A stretch of DNA of 64,000 nt from Klebsormidium nitens. Taxonomy: Eukaryota; Plantae; Klebsormidiophyceae. Shown here piece by piece: positions 1 through 11,679 of this stretch. The first letter of the stretch is position 1. Each line of letters begins with the position of its first letter. Below the pieces are notes generated by a model. The model did no database searches. It was not told the DNA's origin and saw only the letters and a list, made by a program, of their open reading frames with translations. Position numbers and translations under genes: made by a program. The stretch lies in assembly GCA_000708835.1 (NCBI GenBank), contig DF237011.1, forward strand, positions 188,764-252,763, given 5' to 3'.

Positions 1-2536
1 ACCAAAACTTGGACCCCCAGAATACTGAGATGCATGTTATCGAAGCTCTGTCGACCCTATCCCCCTCACCTTTGAACTTTGCACACGCGCGTCCAACCCT
101 GTCGACCCTTCTCCGGGAGGCCTCGTCTGGCCAACTTGAATCGATCTGCGGACTGTCTCCCCATTGCTCGAATCCGGTAACCGGTTTGGAGAGGCCTTCG
201 AGCTAGGCAATAGCAAAGCACATCTTTGCTTATGCTGTGCCAAATCGTTGCTGTTCCCAAGGAATGTGCATCTCTTGCTTGGGCACCGGCGCGCAACCTC
301 TGGGCAACTCTCCTGGCAAGGAAAAGCATAAGTGACAAGACTTACAGTCTGGATATCAGATAGAGAAGCAGTCTGCTTCCGATTTGGAAATCATGTGATC
401 CATGTACAGACCATGCAGATTTATCCGACGGGGGTGATTACCAGCATAATTCCAGGCAGTCCGTTTCGTGAGCTAAGATGTGGGGGAAGTGGCTTGACTA
501 GAAGAAGATGACCGGAAGCATAAAGTTTCTCAGCTGCTTCTGGTCACGTCTGGCTGCAGCCAGTGAACCTATCTCCTCCTTTACAAGGTGGCCGAGAGTC
601 GAACACAAGGATCACAGAACCAACTTTTCCTTTCTGACAAGATGGACGGCGATGATTGATACCAGCTAGCGATTACTCACGAAGTTCTTTGACCTCCTAA
701 GCCAATCTTGATATCTTTTGGGGTTTCATAACCGAGCATAGACGGCCCTATAGCAGGTCTTCGGCAGCCAGTCAGCTTTGAAAGCGCTTCCTTCTTGGCA
801 GATGCAAGGTACTTTCCTGCCAAAAGACGTCCGGCCCCTCGGGTTGTAACTGTTCAATTGTGTTGAAAGTCAAAGACGGCGCACCTGGAGATGGGGCACT
901 AAGTTCGGGTAGAAAATCACTCCGCTGCATAGTTGGCACCGTATCCTGCACCCTTTGGCGTGGCTGCTCCGGTTTCGCTCGGCCAAGATGGTCTTGCAGC
1001 GTGTACATGAGGACAGGCGGTATCCACACGTCCTCTGATGCGCTTGCATTTCAGTCCCCTTGCCGACGTACGGGCAGCCCGCTCCATCCTGCCAGCGTAA
1101 AGAGTGTCTCAGCCTATGCAACAAGGTAGCAACGTTTGATCGATTTAAAAGACTCCCATCTTGATCACCACAAGCTATCGAGCGACCAGTGTTCTTGTCT
1201 CCGAACAACTCAAGAAGTGGGAGTACTGTTTTCAAATACGTTTCAGCCACTAGGTACAAGTCTAACTCAAGCAGAGCAAGGCGAGGATAAAGTGCAAGCT
1301 CTTCAGCAAATGGGAGAATAACGAGGACGCAGACTTCTTGCGTTTCACTCCGACCAGCAGTGTAGGAGAAAAGAACAACCTTGGCCCAAACCCTTGAGAG
1401 TGTGTCTAACCACAACTCACGATCCCAACTGTGGACTTGATTTCAGATGCCAGACTCCCAAATCCTGGAAGGCCTCAAAAGTTCTCCAAGGAATGTTTCT
1501 CAAACAGACTTCTCTGATGCTAAAGAGCGCAGCTTGATTCGAGGTACTTTCAGTATTCTGAGCAGAGCGACTCACTCCTTGGACTTAAAAATACTCTTCC
1601 CAATACTGTGTAATAATATTTCCCGATGATCAACCAAACCTGGCAGTATGAAAACCACTCTACACAAGCCCTGTCGCTTGGCCAACTTACCAGTTCCCAC
1701 CCGTCAGTTGCATGGTTGAAGACCATCGCATGCGGGCAATGTACGCGCAAGCTAAGGACCACCTTGCGCAGGTGTCCATTGCGAACCACCGTCTCGAACA
1801 CTTGGCCTCCACAACCAGCACTTTCCCCGCAGTGACGTTCCAGACAGCCCTCACAGAAGCTGTCCTCACAGTCCTTGCAGACGACTGGGTCACAAAATAC
1901 CTTTCTGCAAACAGTACATCTGCAGAAGGAGGGGGGCAAGTCAGAAAGGAATGAATGTGGAACCAAAGGTAGCGCCTTTCTTAAGGGCTGAAGTCCTTGA
2001 TTTTTGACACAGCTTTCCAAGGGTAATTCAGCCAACAGATCGCTTGAGACTTGATTATCAACTTCAAGTTGCATTCTGACAATCTGTTGAAAAGTGTACT
2101 TAAACTATTCGAGGATTATCCACCACTAGACCAGGGAAGATGCTTCCAGCAATGTTCCAACAAAGAGCAGATTGTGGTCCAAGGTCCCTGATCTTGAGAT
2201 TGCTAAGGGGTCAAGCGTAAGAAGAGGCAAGGAGAAAGTAAATCTCTCTGAGACATCTAGTAAGAACAGAAGCTTTCAGACATTTTAGGAAGGCTCGCTC
2301 AAACTGATGTAATCAAGTGGCCGTACAAGGTCCGCACAAACACATCACCTGCACAAAGACGATGGATCCTCCCCAGGTGTTGCCACCATCAACTCATCAA
2401 CGCTTGGCGCCCTAGGAACTCTTGGTAAAGCTTGGTCCACCGGACTGCTTGCCAGACCTATCTCTGGCGTGCTTAATGCGGCAGCACCGGCAGGTGGACT
2501 CCCAGGGTAGTTGTGATACCGAAAGTAGGAAGCCAT
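1..2536 (-). CDS. RING-finger + TRAF-type zinc-finger protein (putative E3 ligase), multi-exon, 3' end uncertain and probably runs off the window
   Basis: Phase-compatible exons 2536-2349, 2075-1691 and 1088-885 with GT/AG ends. They encode CTVCRKVFCDPVVCKDCEDSFCEGCLERHC..C (RING-like) and VHCPH..DGAGCPYVGKGTEMQAHQRTCGYRLSSCTRCK..HAKGCRIRCQLC (SIAH/TRAF-type Zn fingers). An open minus frame at ~204-1 suggests further exons. Confidence 0.75.
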
Positions 2537-4186
2537 CTCCAGGCCGCAGACTGGATGAGAAAAGGGGAAGCAAATGACTGCAGGAGGATGAGGCTAGGAT
2601 AAGCTACAACCCGCTGCGCTTAGAAGGGCTACCGGCGGTAGCCTACCGCGCGCGTTGCAGTGTCTCTACGATGTCTCAAAACCAGTACATACTTCCCGAC
2701 CTCCCTGCAATCGCAGTCACTGCAGCTTTTTGGGGGTCACGTGCAGCTCAATTGAGAAGCGTTCTTCTACCTGAGCTAAGCTACCCCAATACCCTGCTTC
2801 CCTCCTCTGTTGTGCTCTTTTGACCGCTGTGATCAAATGTTCAGCTCATGCATTCATGAGTGCTAGCTCATGCACCTCGTCTTGGAAGTTGGCCAGGACT
2901 TATCGAATCGCTTTGGGATCTGGGGGGAAGGGTCCATGTGCAACTCAAATGTGACAGGCAATGTTTTTACCGTCGATTGACAGGGGCAGCCCACTGGCTT
3001 GCTCTCTGATCCATCCGATGGCAGCCGCATCAGATGCCCCCTGCCGACCTGCAATGCGCATTGCGGTCGGCATTTGTTTTGACACTGACAGTGGTGTGAT
3101 GGTTTATCATACAAACTCGTCGTCTATCTGGTGTCAAAGCGTCCAAGCAAGCAAGTTGGTTCCCACTTCAAGTTCAAAGTTCTCTGATGAGTCTGACAGT
3201 GAGTATACTGTATAGTCTCTATGCTCATTCTGTACATTTCAGTTTCTGACTGTCCTGAAACAATTGCTCAGGCTTTGCACCGCGCTGCTTTCTCAGGTCC
3301 CCTCCTTTGGTTGAGCTCCTTGAGGCTCGCAGAGCCGGCAATCCACCCGCCAGATTCCGAGCAGGATTTCAGAGGCGTACGCATTGCTAACCGTCAACAC
3401 AATTGCGAAGGCAGCTCATCGTCATTGCTTGTAAGAACGTAATCAAACGAACTTTTGCGTTGTCATCAGGTGTAATATGCAATGAATTTTGACTTGTCCG
3501 TTGGATTGCTTGAATGTTTAGGTGGTGGTTGCAGCTAGATGGAAGAATGTCACTTGTCTCGCTTTTGGATAAGGATGATTTATGGCCAAAGCCACATCAG
3601 CACCCCTGGGTATGACTAGCATTCCGCAGGTGATTGCGTTTGATGTTTGGACTTGATGCAAGTTTGTGAAGCTTGGGAATGTCACTTTGGTGTATAGAAT
3701 TGAGCTGTCTTCCAATTGTGTGCATAGGCATGCACGAGAGATATGGGTACGTTACTTCCCTGAGCTTGTTCAACATCTTAGCTTGTCATCACTTTGAGGA
3801 ATCATCACATGGACACAATCCTTACACGACAGTACCTGGCATGTGCCCAAACATTTTGCCTTGTAAATGAGCAGGGTCTGATCTCTGCATTTCTGCATTT
3901 GCCTGAAACTTGCGTTGTAAATGCGAGCTTCTGTTCCTGACGTTTCTTCTGTAGTAGTTTGCAATCAATGGAAACAGGCTTGTTGGGGAAGGGTCTCTAT
4001 ATCGGCAGGCTGAGAGAAAATCACCCCAGGGGCAAAAGCTGTGTCCAATTCTCATATTATTGTTGCTTTCCTTTGGCTCAAAACCCATTGCTACATGATC
4101 ACAAGACTTCATACCGGAAATTGCAACGCACTTGCAAGAAAAGAAACTGAAATTATCCGCACTTGCAGTTTTGCACATCAGTGTCA

Positions 4187-7100
4187 ATGGAGACTGCCAG
4201 TTCCTCAGCATCTGCGGCAAGCGCCAGGAACGTCCAAGGAGAGAAAGAGCGCCAAATTGGGGCGCAGGCTGAACCCCATTCACATGGTGCAACAGGGGGG
4301 GTTCCAGAAATAGGAGCTGCGGCAACAGAAGCCCGGCGGATAGAAAAGAATGGCGTGGACACTGGGGCTTCTCAAAAGGCTCCTCACTTCAGCAACATGT
4401 CGGCTGCCTCGGTACAAGAGCAGAGCCACTCCAAGGCAGAATCAAGGAGCATTCCCATACCCTCAAAGTCCGTGTCTCAGCCTCAGCCACAGGCCTGCTG
4501 TGGAGAGGCGACTTCTCCTTCCACCCCTCCTCTTGGGCCTCAGACAGGGACCCTCCCTCGCGAGGGCATTCTGTCAACAGCAACACGAGCAGCCCTGGAG
4601 GAGCGGCAGTCCTCGAGAAGAGACGCTACCTGCCACAGCCCTTCCCCTTCCAGAAGGAGGCCCCCTCTTTCCCCCTCGTCAAGCTCTGGAGGCATGACCC
4701 CCCCAAAACCACAAGGGGCTCCGTCTCCAAAACCGCAGAAGACATTCCACAACCCGTATGCTAAGAGTCCCTTCAGAGTGACGGGGTTCAATCCGGGGTC
4801 GCCTAGGGCACCAGTCCCTTTGGCACAGCTCTCTGCAGAAACGGAGAATGAGCTGTTGCAGGCAACGCAGAGGGGGCTGTTTTCGGACGACGACGTGGCA
4901 GAATCTGAGCGGTCGCCCAAAGACTTTGGGGGAGGGTGTGGGTCAGCGGTCAGGGGTCCGAAGGAGTCAGCAGTGAACGCTGGAGGACTGAGTCAGGGAG
5001 TTGACGAAATGGAAGTCTCAGGAAGGAATTCTGGGGGGGGAGTGACGAGTGGGAAGGGCTGTGAAAACGAACAGGCAGAACCGGAAGGGACGAGTCCGGG
5101 CATGTCTAGGATGAACATTTCTGGCGGAGATACAGAAGCAGGAGAGAGCGCAGTAACTAGGAATGGAGAGGCGGAGCTGGAGTCAAGGAAAAGGAAGTCG
5201 GAAGAGTCTCCTGAGAAGGTGCGCGCGGGCGCAAGTGGATCTATGGAGGTAAGAGGGCATCCCATACCGAAGCAACCCCAAGTGAGCAGTCCAGCAGATG
5301 TTGAAATCGAAGGAGGGTGTCATTCTGGACGCATCTCAGGATCGCCGCGCCGGCAACCAGACAGTGCTTCCTCGCAAAGCCCCAGTATATCGGCATCAGG
5401 CCGTGCGGCCGGCGGACTAAGCGAGCAGTCTGAATATCACGACCCCCCAGAGCAGGAGCTAGAAGAAGCTGAGGCTAGTGTAGCGCAACCATCCTCTTCC
5501 CTTCCTCCCAGACCTGAGCTAAGTGCAGCGTCTCGTGTCCGCAGCTCTGACGGTGGCAACAAGCGCTCAGCACGCGACAGGTGGCGCAGGGCTAGGTTTC
5601 ACGTGGCAGCAGCGCGGGCTTTTGCGTACGGCAGGGTCGGTGGCTTCTCGGAGGTTACAGAACCGGAGATCAGAGGCGCGGCGACCGGGACGGAGCTGGA
5701 AAGGACAGGTGAGCGGCAATTGGCGGGGTGGGTTTGGTGTCGCAGATGCACCTTGAGTTTGCAGATGAGACATTGCATACTGTGATGGCCGTGTTTCAGT
5801 TGTTCACACTTCAGGATTCTGGCTTGATCTGCTGCTGGTGTAAAAAAGGACGTCCCGATAAATACAAGCCTCGTGGGATAGCATGCCGTCGTTCGAGACG
5901 CCCAAAACAGAGGGTTTCGGGCAGTAGAATCATTTCTGCACCGTCAGCAAGAGGGAAGGTCAACACTAGGAGTTCAGTCATTCTATTAGTGTACCCTTCC
6001 TTCCCGTCAACTTTTCTCATGACAGGTTTTTTGCAGAGTTTTCCGTAGGTCCTATGAAGCATCCTTTGCTTCAGGGGTTTCGAACTTTCTATTATTCTCT
6101 TATCTGCTTCGAGTTGATGGCCCCGCGAAAAGACGGGCCGTTAAGCTGTCAAGGTCTCAGCGTAAGCTTTTACCGTGATTTATTCTTCTGTGACCTGGAC
6201 GGCTCGTTGTCAGCTTCAGTTCAGGCTCCGTTCCTGGCCTTGTACAGGCCTGTACCAGCTCTTTTCCTGACTTTCAATTTTTTTGCCTCATGGAGTAACA
6301 CGAAAGAGTCGGAAGTGACAAGAAGGAAGCGGCAGTCTCCGTTGCGAAGTAGTGACGATCAGCAACAGGAGCTCACAGCTTTTTGCGTCCCTTTTTGCTC
6401 CGGTTGCCAAATCATCCAAACGTGATCCGCAAACTTTGATACATGGGAGACTTTTCAGAGCTGATCAGACGGTCGAAGAACAGGAAGCATGATCCGACCG
6501 AACGCAACCAAAAGGTAAGTAGAACGCAAGGAGCTGACGTCATCGAAAGACGTTTGCTGACGTCATTCTTTCGTCGTGTTTGCAGAGGAGCCCCTCAATC
6601 CCGCCAGTCCCGACTCGATCGTCCGCTCGGCTTCCATAACTCAGCCGAAAGCGGGCGTTCCTGTGAGCGACGTTTCTCAAGACAGGGGCCGGCGCAGGTT
6701 CGAAGGGATACAAGTCATCGAAGATCGAAGCTGGCTGGTCGTCTTCTCGGACTTCTACATAGCTGTGCTCAAGGTGAGATTGCTTTCCGGGGACGTCCCT
6801 CTCAGATGGTGCATGGATTCTGAGGACGCTTCATGCCCATTCTGCCAAACTAGCCGGCCTACCCGTGTTCGTTTCGGGCCCGCTTTCAGATGACAAGTCG
6901 TCGGATAGCCACATTCTGAGCAAAGAACGGTCCACGTTCTGCATATTTGCCAGTAAAGGTCGGGCGACCGGAGTTGAGGAAATGTACAGTATTTCTAGGT
7001 TTCAGATCAATGGGCTCTCAAGTAGTGCGTTCACATATCGATTGACGTGCCTTCGATACGTCTGATGTTGTCACGGTTCCACTGAAGGTTTCTTTCTGGA

Positions 7101-10100
7101 GCGGGATAGATTTGGGTTTCCCAGTGCCTTACGTGGAAAGAATGGATAGAAGGGACCCTGCTATGCATTCGGCTTTGGTCAGCTTTAAATGGTCCTGTCA
7201 CCAACTTGGTGTCGATGTCGTCTTACTCTCGCCTTTGACCTTCTGACTATGTGTTTACGAGAAACCTAGTGAACAATTGCCTTTCAACTTTCGCGCTGCA
7301 CTATTGAATGCTGTGCGCTCTCCATGCCACCATTCTCTGCCTTCTAAAATGCGAAGAAAGAAACGCTTAAAACTTTGCCAGCTTTCCCGTCCGATTGCTG
7401 GGTGCTCCCTGCTACCACATACCGGCCAGCGATGCACGAAAGCCTCTTTCGTAGTGGTCATGGTTCCTTTTCGCCCTCCTATATACCTTCCTTCGGCCTC
7501 TTGTACGTTTCTAACGCTCTTCTCATTTTCAGGCCCCGGTGCTGCTCTTTGTGGCCGTCATTTTCCTCTTCCCCGCCCTCTTATGCCTCTTCTTCGTTCC
7601 CTTATACCTCCTCGACCTGGCTGGTCTTCAGTGCGACGATTGCCAACCCCCCCTCCCCTCAGCTCGCCTAGAAGCCCCCCCGGCGCCTACAGAAACTCAT
7701 AGCCTATGCCACGTGCTACTGTATAGCCTATCGCTGTCGATGCTGTTCGGGGGCTCGCCGGTGCAGGCCCACAGCCGGTATACGCTATTGGTCGCAAACA
7801 TTCAAACGCTGGCGGCAAACTTCACGTTTGTCTTCCTGAGCGGAGCAGGTCAGTGAGTCTCTCGTGTTCCCACCTTTCGTTTCGCAGGTTTTCCGTCCAT
7901 TTGAAGCACATTCATAGGTCAAAAGCGAGCGTCTGCTCTCGTCCTGATGTGAAGGGATACTGTTTGCTTTTGGCTTCTTGTATGACGATGCTTTCTGACT
8001 AGGCGCTCGTCTGCACCCCATTGGAGTATTTGTCCGTTTCATTCGTCCACTTCAGCCCTGCTCCCTGTTTGTCACTCGCAAAAGTCTGTGGTACTTTTGA
8101 ACACATGACATGTCTCAGTGGGACTCCAAGGCATAAGACCATGAAAGCTGTTGAGTACCCGTTTGGATTGGTTCGTCAGTCGTGTTAAGCTGAAGATATG
8201 ATTTATTCAAATGTCAATAGTTATAGGCGACGGTATTGAGGACGAAGATATCTTCTCCTGTTGCGCATAGCAGTTTACCTTCTGCGCGGCCTCCACTCGG
8301 AGGAGCTATTCAGAATTCCAGCTTGACATTCGAGTAGCTTACGTCATGTCTCAGCACATTGACGCGTTCGGTATGACAACAGTCACCAGCATCTTTGAGC
8401 GTCTTTCGCGCAACCGGTTCTGGTGTCCAAAAAAAACATTTTTTGCGCTGACAATTTCCACTTCACAATGCAGTGTTCTCACGTATGTCCCAGCGATCGC
8501 AGCCGGTCCAGTGCGCGCGCAAGGCGGTGATTCGGCCGGATGACGTCACCACAGCGGGCGGCAGCGTCAGCGAGCGCTTCAGGTGGGCACTGTTTCAGAA
8601 CTCGTCTTCTCAGGGAAATCAGAGTACTTTTTTCTGGCTGTTGAGACCGCTTTGTCTGTGTTCGCAACATAGTCCAGATACTGAGCACAGGACCTGCAGA
8701 AAACGTGCCTACTGAGAGACAAAAAGCGAATGGAAGGCTCGAAGGTACCTGCCCGAGCCGTTCACTGCGCAATCATGTGCAGATTCGACGTCGATTGGAG
8801 GGAACGAAACGACCTCTGACAATTTGCTTGGACGATTAATGAGTGCGCAAACGTAAGTTGTGCAAAGTTTTCGATACTGGTGTGAAAACCCAATGACCCG
8901 CGCATATTCACACCATACTCGGTCTGCATCACCAGATTACTGCCACAATATCATTGCTGACCGAGCGCATTCACACCGTGCAGGGTGTTCCTGACGAGGC
9001 TGGTGTTAAAGGGCCCGATGCCCGCAGTGATGGTGGACGTCCGCATCAAGCTCACGTTCCGGATCTTCGTCCAACAGCGGAACGGATCCGTCTTCTGTTC
9101 GACGGCGGCGCTGGATCTGGTCCGGCCAGAAGTGGCCTATCTGCAGTACGGAATAGCGGTGAGCATTTTCGCACTCGCGGAGTTTCGAGCGTTTTCTGCC
9201 TGGATCGGTTTTCGATTCTTAACAGGCCGCGTTCCGGTTCCCTTTTGTGGTCAACCGCAGCGCTGAATCTGGATCCGTTTAAGAAGTGGCGTATCCGCAG
9301 CACGGCACAGCGTTGAGGGCACTTACGTGTTTCGTTGTTCCTTGCCTTTTCCTATAAAGCTCTTCACGATGTCAGTGAGCGGAAATCAGCAGCGGAAACG
9401 GATCCGTCGTTTGCTCGAACACAGCGCTGACTTGAGTCTGCCTACAAGAGGCCTATCTTCAGTACGGGATAGCGGTGGGCATTTGGGCTTCTGAAGCGTT
9501 TTCTTGATTTTGAATGTCGACTACAAGAACCACGTCCATCAAGGGTATAGTCGAACCGCAGCACTGGACTTGGTTTCGCACACACCGTAAGCTTTCAAAC
9601 CGCAAACCCAAAAGCTCTTGAGATGTACCAACAGCTTCCAAACCCGTGCTTTCCTCGCCTCAGGTGAAGCACGTGATCGACCGTAACAGTCCACTCTACG
9701 GCCACACGCGGGAGTCGCTTCTCGCGGGCGACGCCTCCTTCTCTTTCACGGTCCTCGGCACTGAGCGCGCCAGCCTCCAGAGCGTCTTCCATATGCAGGT
9801 GCGTCTTTTGATTCGTTTCGTCCTGCCCTATTTAGGCGTGTCTGAGACAGGTAAACCGTGGCTTCGATCAGGACGGCCGGAGCGCGCCAGCCTTCAGAGC
9901 CTCTTCCAAATGCAGGTGTCCGTCAGATCTTCAGGGCGCTGTTACTCTTTTAAAGGCGTGTCTGGGACCAGGTAGAGAGCCTGTCAACCCTGGCTTTAGC
10001 CGGAACGGCATGGAGCGCGTCAGCCTTCAGAGCCTCTTCCACATGCAGTTAAGCAGGTGGACCGCAGATTCTCGAAACGGGTGAGGGACGACCGAAGTTC

Positions 10101-11679
10101 GCAGCGCTTCCGTCCAGATTTGACGTTGGAAGGAGATGGAACGCTCCAGACGTCTTGTTCGTGGCTGGATGTGTCATGGTTTGCATAGACTCAGGTACCG
10201 GAAGCCCTTCTGCCAAGATGTGCCGCCAGTCTTTGCAGACTGGGGTTTTATCGAATTGGAAGGTAGCGTTGCGATATCGAGTATTGCCATGTTCTGTGGT
10301 CTGCATGTAAGTGTTTGATTCTCATTTCGCGATAGCGCTATTTATCGGTTACTTCGAAAGCAGGTCAACTACCTAGCCTTGCCTTTCCATGACCAGCATC
10401 GACGTGCCGTCGTCGAATATGGTTGTCAGTTGGCGGTCTACGCTCAACCTATATTCCCAGGGCTTTCGGAGGACTCCTATTCTGCAAGATCGAGTGCTGC
10501 GATCGGAGTACTACAAACCAGCTTTAGGCATGCTACCTGGTTTCAGACTCTTTTACATTTCCGCCCCAGGGTTTACAAAGCGGATTTTGCACATGATCAG
10601 AGACACTGTTTCCCTTAGGTATTTGTCTCCGTCCAACGGAAAGGCGTTCCTTCTTACTACTTCTGTCCTAAAGGCCTTACTTTCTTAGTAATCAATGTTG
10701 AATATAAGGAGCTTGACCAACGTTCTCTTTGCAGGAATACTTTATGTCGGATGGAGACATCGCCTGGGACAGCGATTTTTTCAACATCATCTCCATCGAC
10801 TCTCGGGGCATCCGAGTGATCGACCACACCCAGCTGGATACGCTCAGCGTGTTCCGGAGCGCAGCCCAAGTCCCCCGGGCGATCACAAGAATGCAAAACC
10901 TCGTCAGAGCGACAAGAACAGGTGGGTTTGAGATCTTAGGGTATACACTTGATACCTTCCGTGGTTGGATGTATTAAAAGTCTCTTTTTCGTTGTGTGGG
11001 GGGTAAATAGTCGTGCGAACGGAAACGGATTCTAGACACCGAAGCCACCCGATTGTGATTGCGCTGATTACGGGGGCTCCTTTGCTTACAGGCTCCAAGA
11101 GTTCCCTCTCTGAGACAGAACAGTGCCAAGAGGGAGACCCAACCGACAACAGCGGTAAGAATCTGGACAGGACTCAAGGCAGTGATGTACCGGACGAAAG
11201 CTCGGCCGGCGTGACTCAGAAAGGGGTCAGATCAGACACTTCGGACGGCTCTCGGATGTCCGAAAGTGGTCAGGTCGGAGAAACCACTCGAAAGGGGGGT
11301 AACTTGGAAAAGCCGAGCACGGGAAAACTGAAAGGGTCAGTCGAGGGGACGAGTGATCGGGGCAAAGGGGAGGAGACTGGACAGAGTGCCCGGAGGAAAG
11401 CGGAGGAAGTTGGTGGGGCGAGTAAAGGAGAGGAAGAGATGGTGGGCGATGTGCTGGGAGGGTTCACTGGGCCCGCATCTGACTTTGGGAGGGGTCTCTC
11501 CCGGGAAGCGCTGCAAAGCCTGAGGCAGCGGAAGATCGATAGAGAAGGAAGGGCGAAGGAAGATGCGGGAGAGAACGCTCATGAAGGTAAGGGAGTGACG
11601 GCGCGTCGTTATAATGCAGGTTTTTGAGAGTGAGGGCCATCTAGCTGACATGGTGTGCTTAACAGTCACGTTGCCGTAA
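4187..11679 (+). CDS. Inward-rectifier K+ channel (Kir/IRK)-like protein, ~1046 aa, with long disordered N- and C-termini and a non-canonical pore filter
   Basis: Exons 4187-5708, 6586-6773, 7533-7848, 8474-8582, 8984-9158, 9664-9798, 10735-10921, 11092-11586 and 11666-11679 join in frame (3141 nt); the last exon and a possible extra exon near 6459-6514 are uncertain. The model encodes M1 (VAVIFLFPALLCLFFVPLYLL), a pore-helix-like segment, M2 (LLVANIQTLAANFTFVFLSGAVFSRMS) and Kir cytoplasmic-domain motifs (KAVI; VKHVIDRNSPLYG; EYFMSDGDIAWDSDF, compare VHEIDxxSPLY and SYxxxEILWGHRF). Confidence 0.85.
9255..9480 (+). repeat. Two degenerate intronic copies of the 3' end of the Kir exon 8984-9158
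   Basis: gcgctgaatctggatcc..gaagtggcgtatccgcagcacggcacagcgttgag (~9255-9316) and cagcggaaacggatccgtc..ggcctatcttcagtacgggatagcggtggg (~9390-9478) mirror the exon end ..gaagtggcctatctgcagtacggaatagcg|gtgag. Confidence 0.8.
9878..10050 (+). repeat. Two intronic copies of the 3' end of the Kir exon 9664-9798
   Basis: gagcgcgccagccttcagagcctcttccaaatgcag|gt (ends 9915) and ggagcgcgtcagccttcagagcctcttccacatgcag (ends ~10048) copy the exon end gagcgcgccagcctccagagcgtcttccatatgcag|gt. Confidence 0.85.

Noticed and set aside
2863-3215. Overlapping Cys-containing ORFs on both strands
   Set aside because: No recognisable motif or consistent splice structure; they lie in the presumed promoter/5'-UTR interval.
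4163-4186. ORF-track start of the 540-aa ORF at 4163
   Set aside because: It is a TTG just upstream of a cttgcag acceptor; the first ATG is at 4187. The ORF tail past 5708 is intron read-through.
6459-6514. Possible extra Kir mini-exon (ELIRRSKNRKHDPTERNQK) followed by a good-looking 71-nt intron
   Set aside because: It ends in phase 0 while the next CAG acceptor needs phase 1, so it would require a weak GAG acceptor. Left out of the model but not excluded.
10136-10688. Intronic + strand ORFs (60 and 99 aa) inside the Kir gene
   Set aside because: Not needed for the phase-consistent model and show no Kir similarity.
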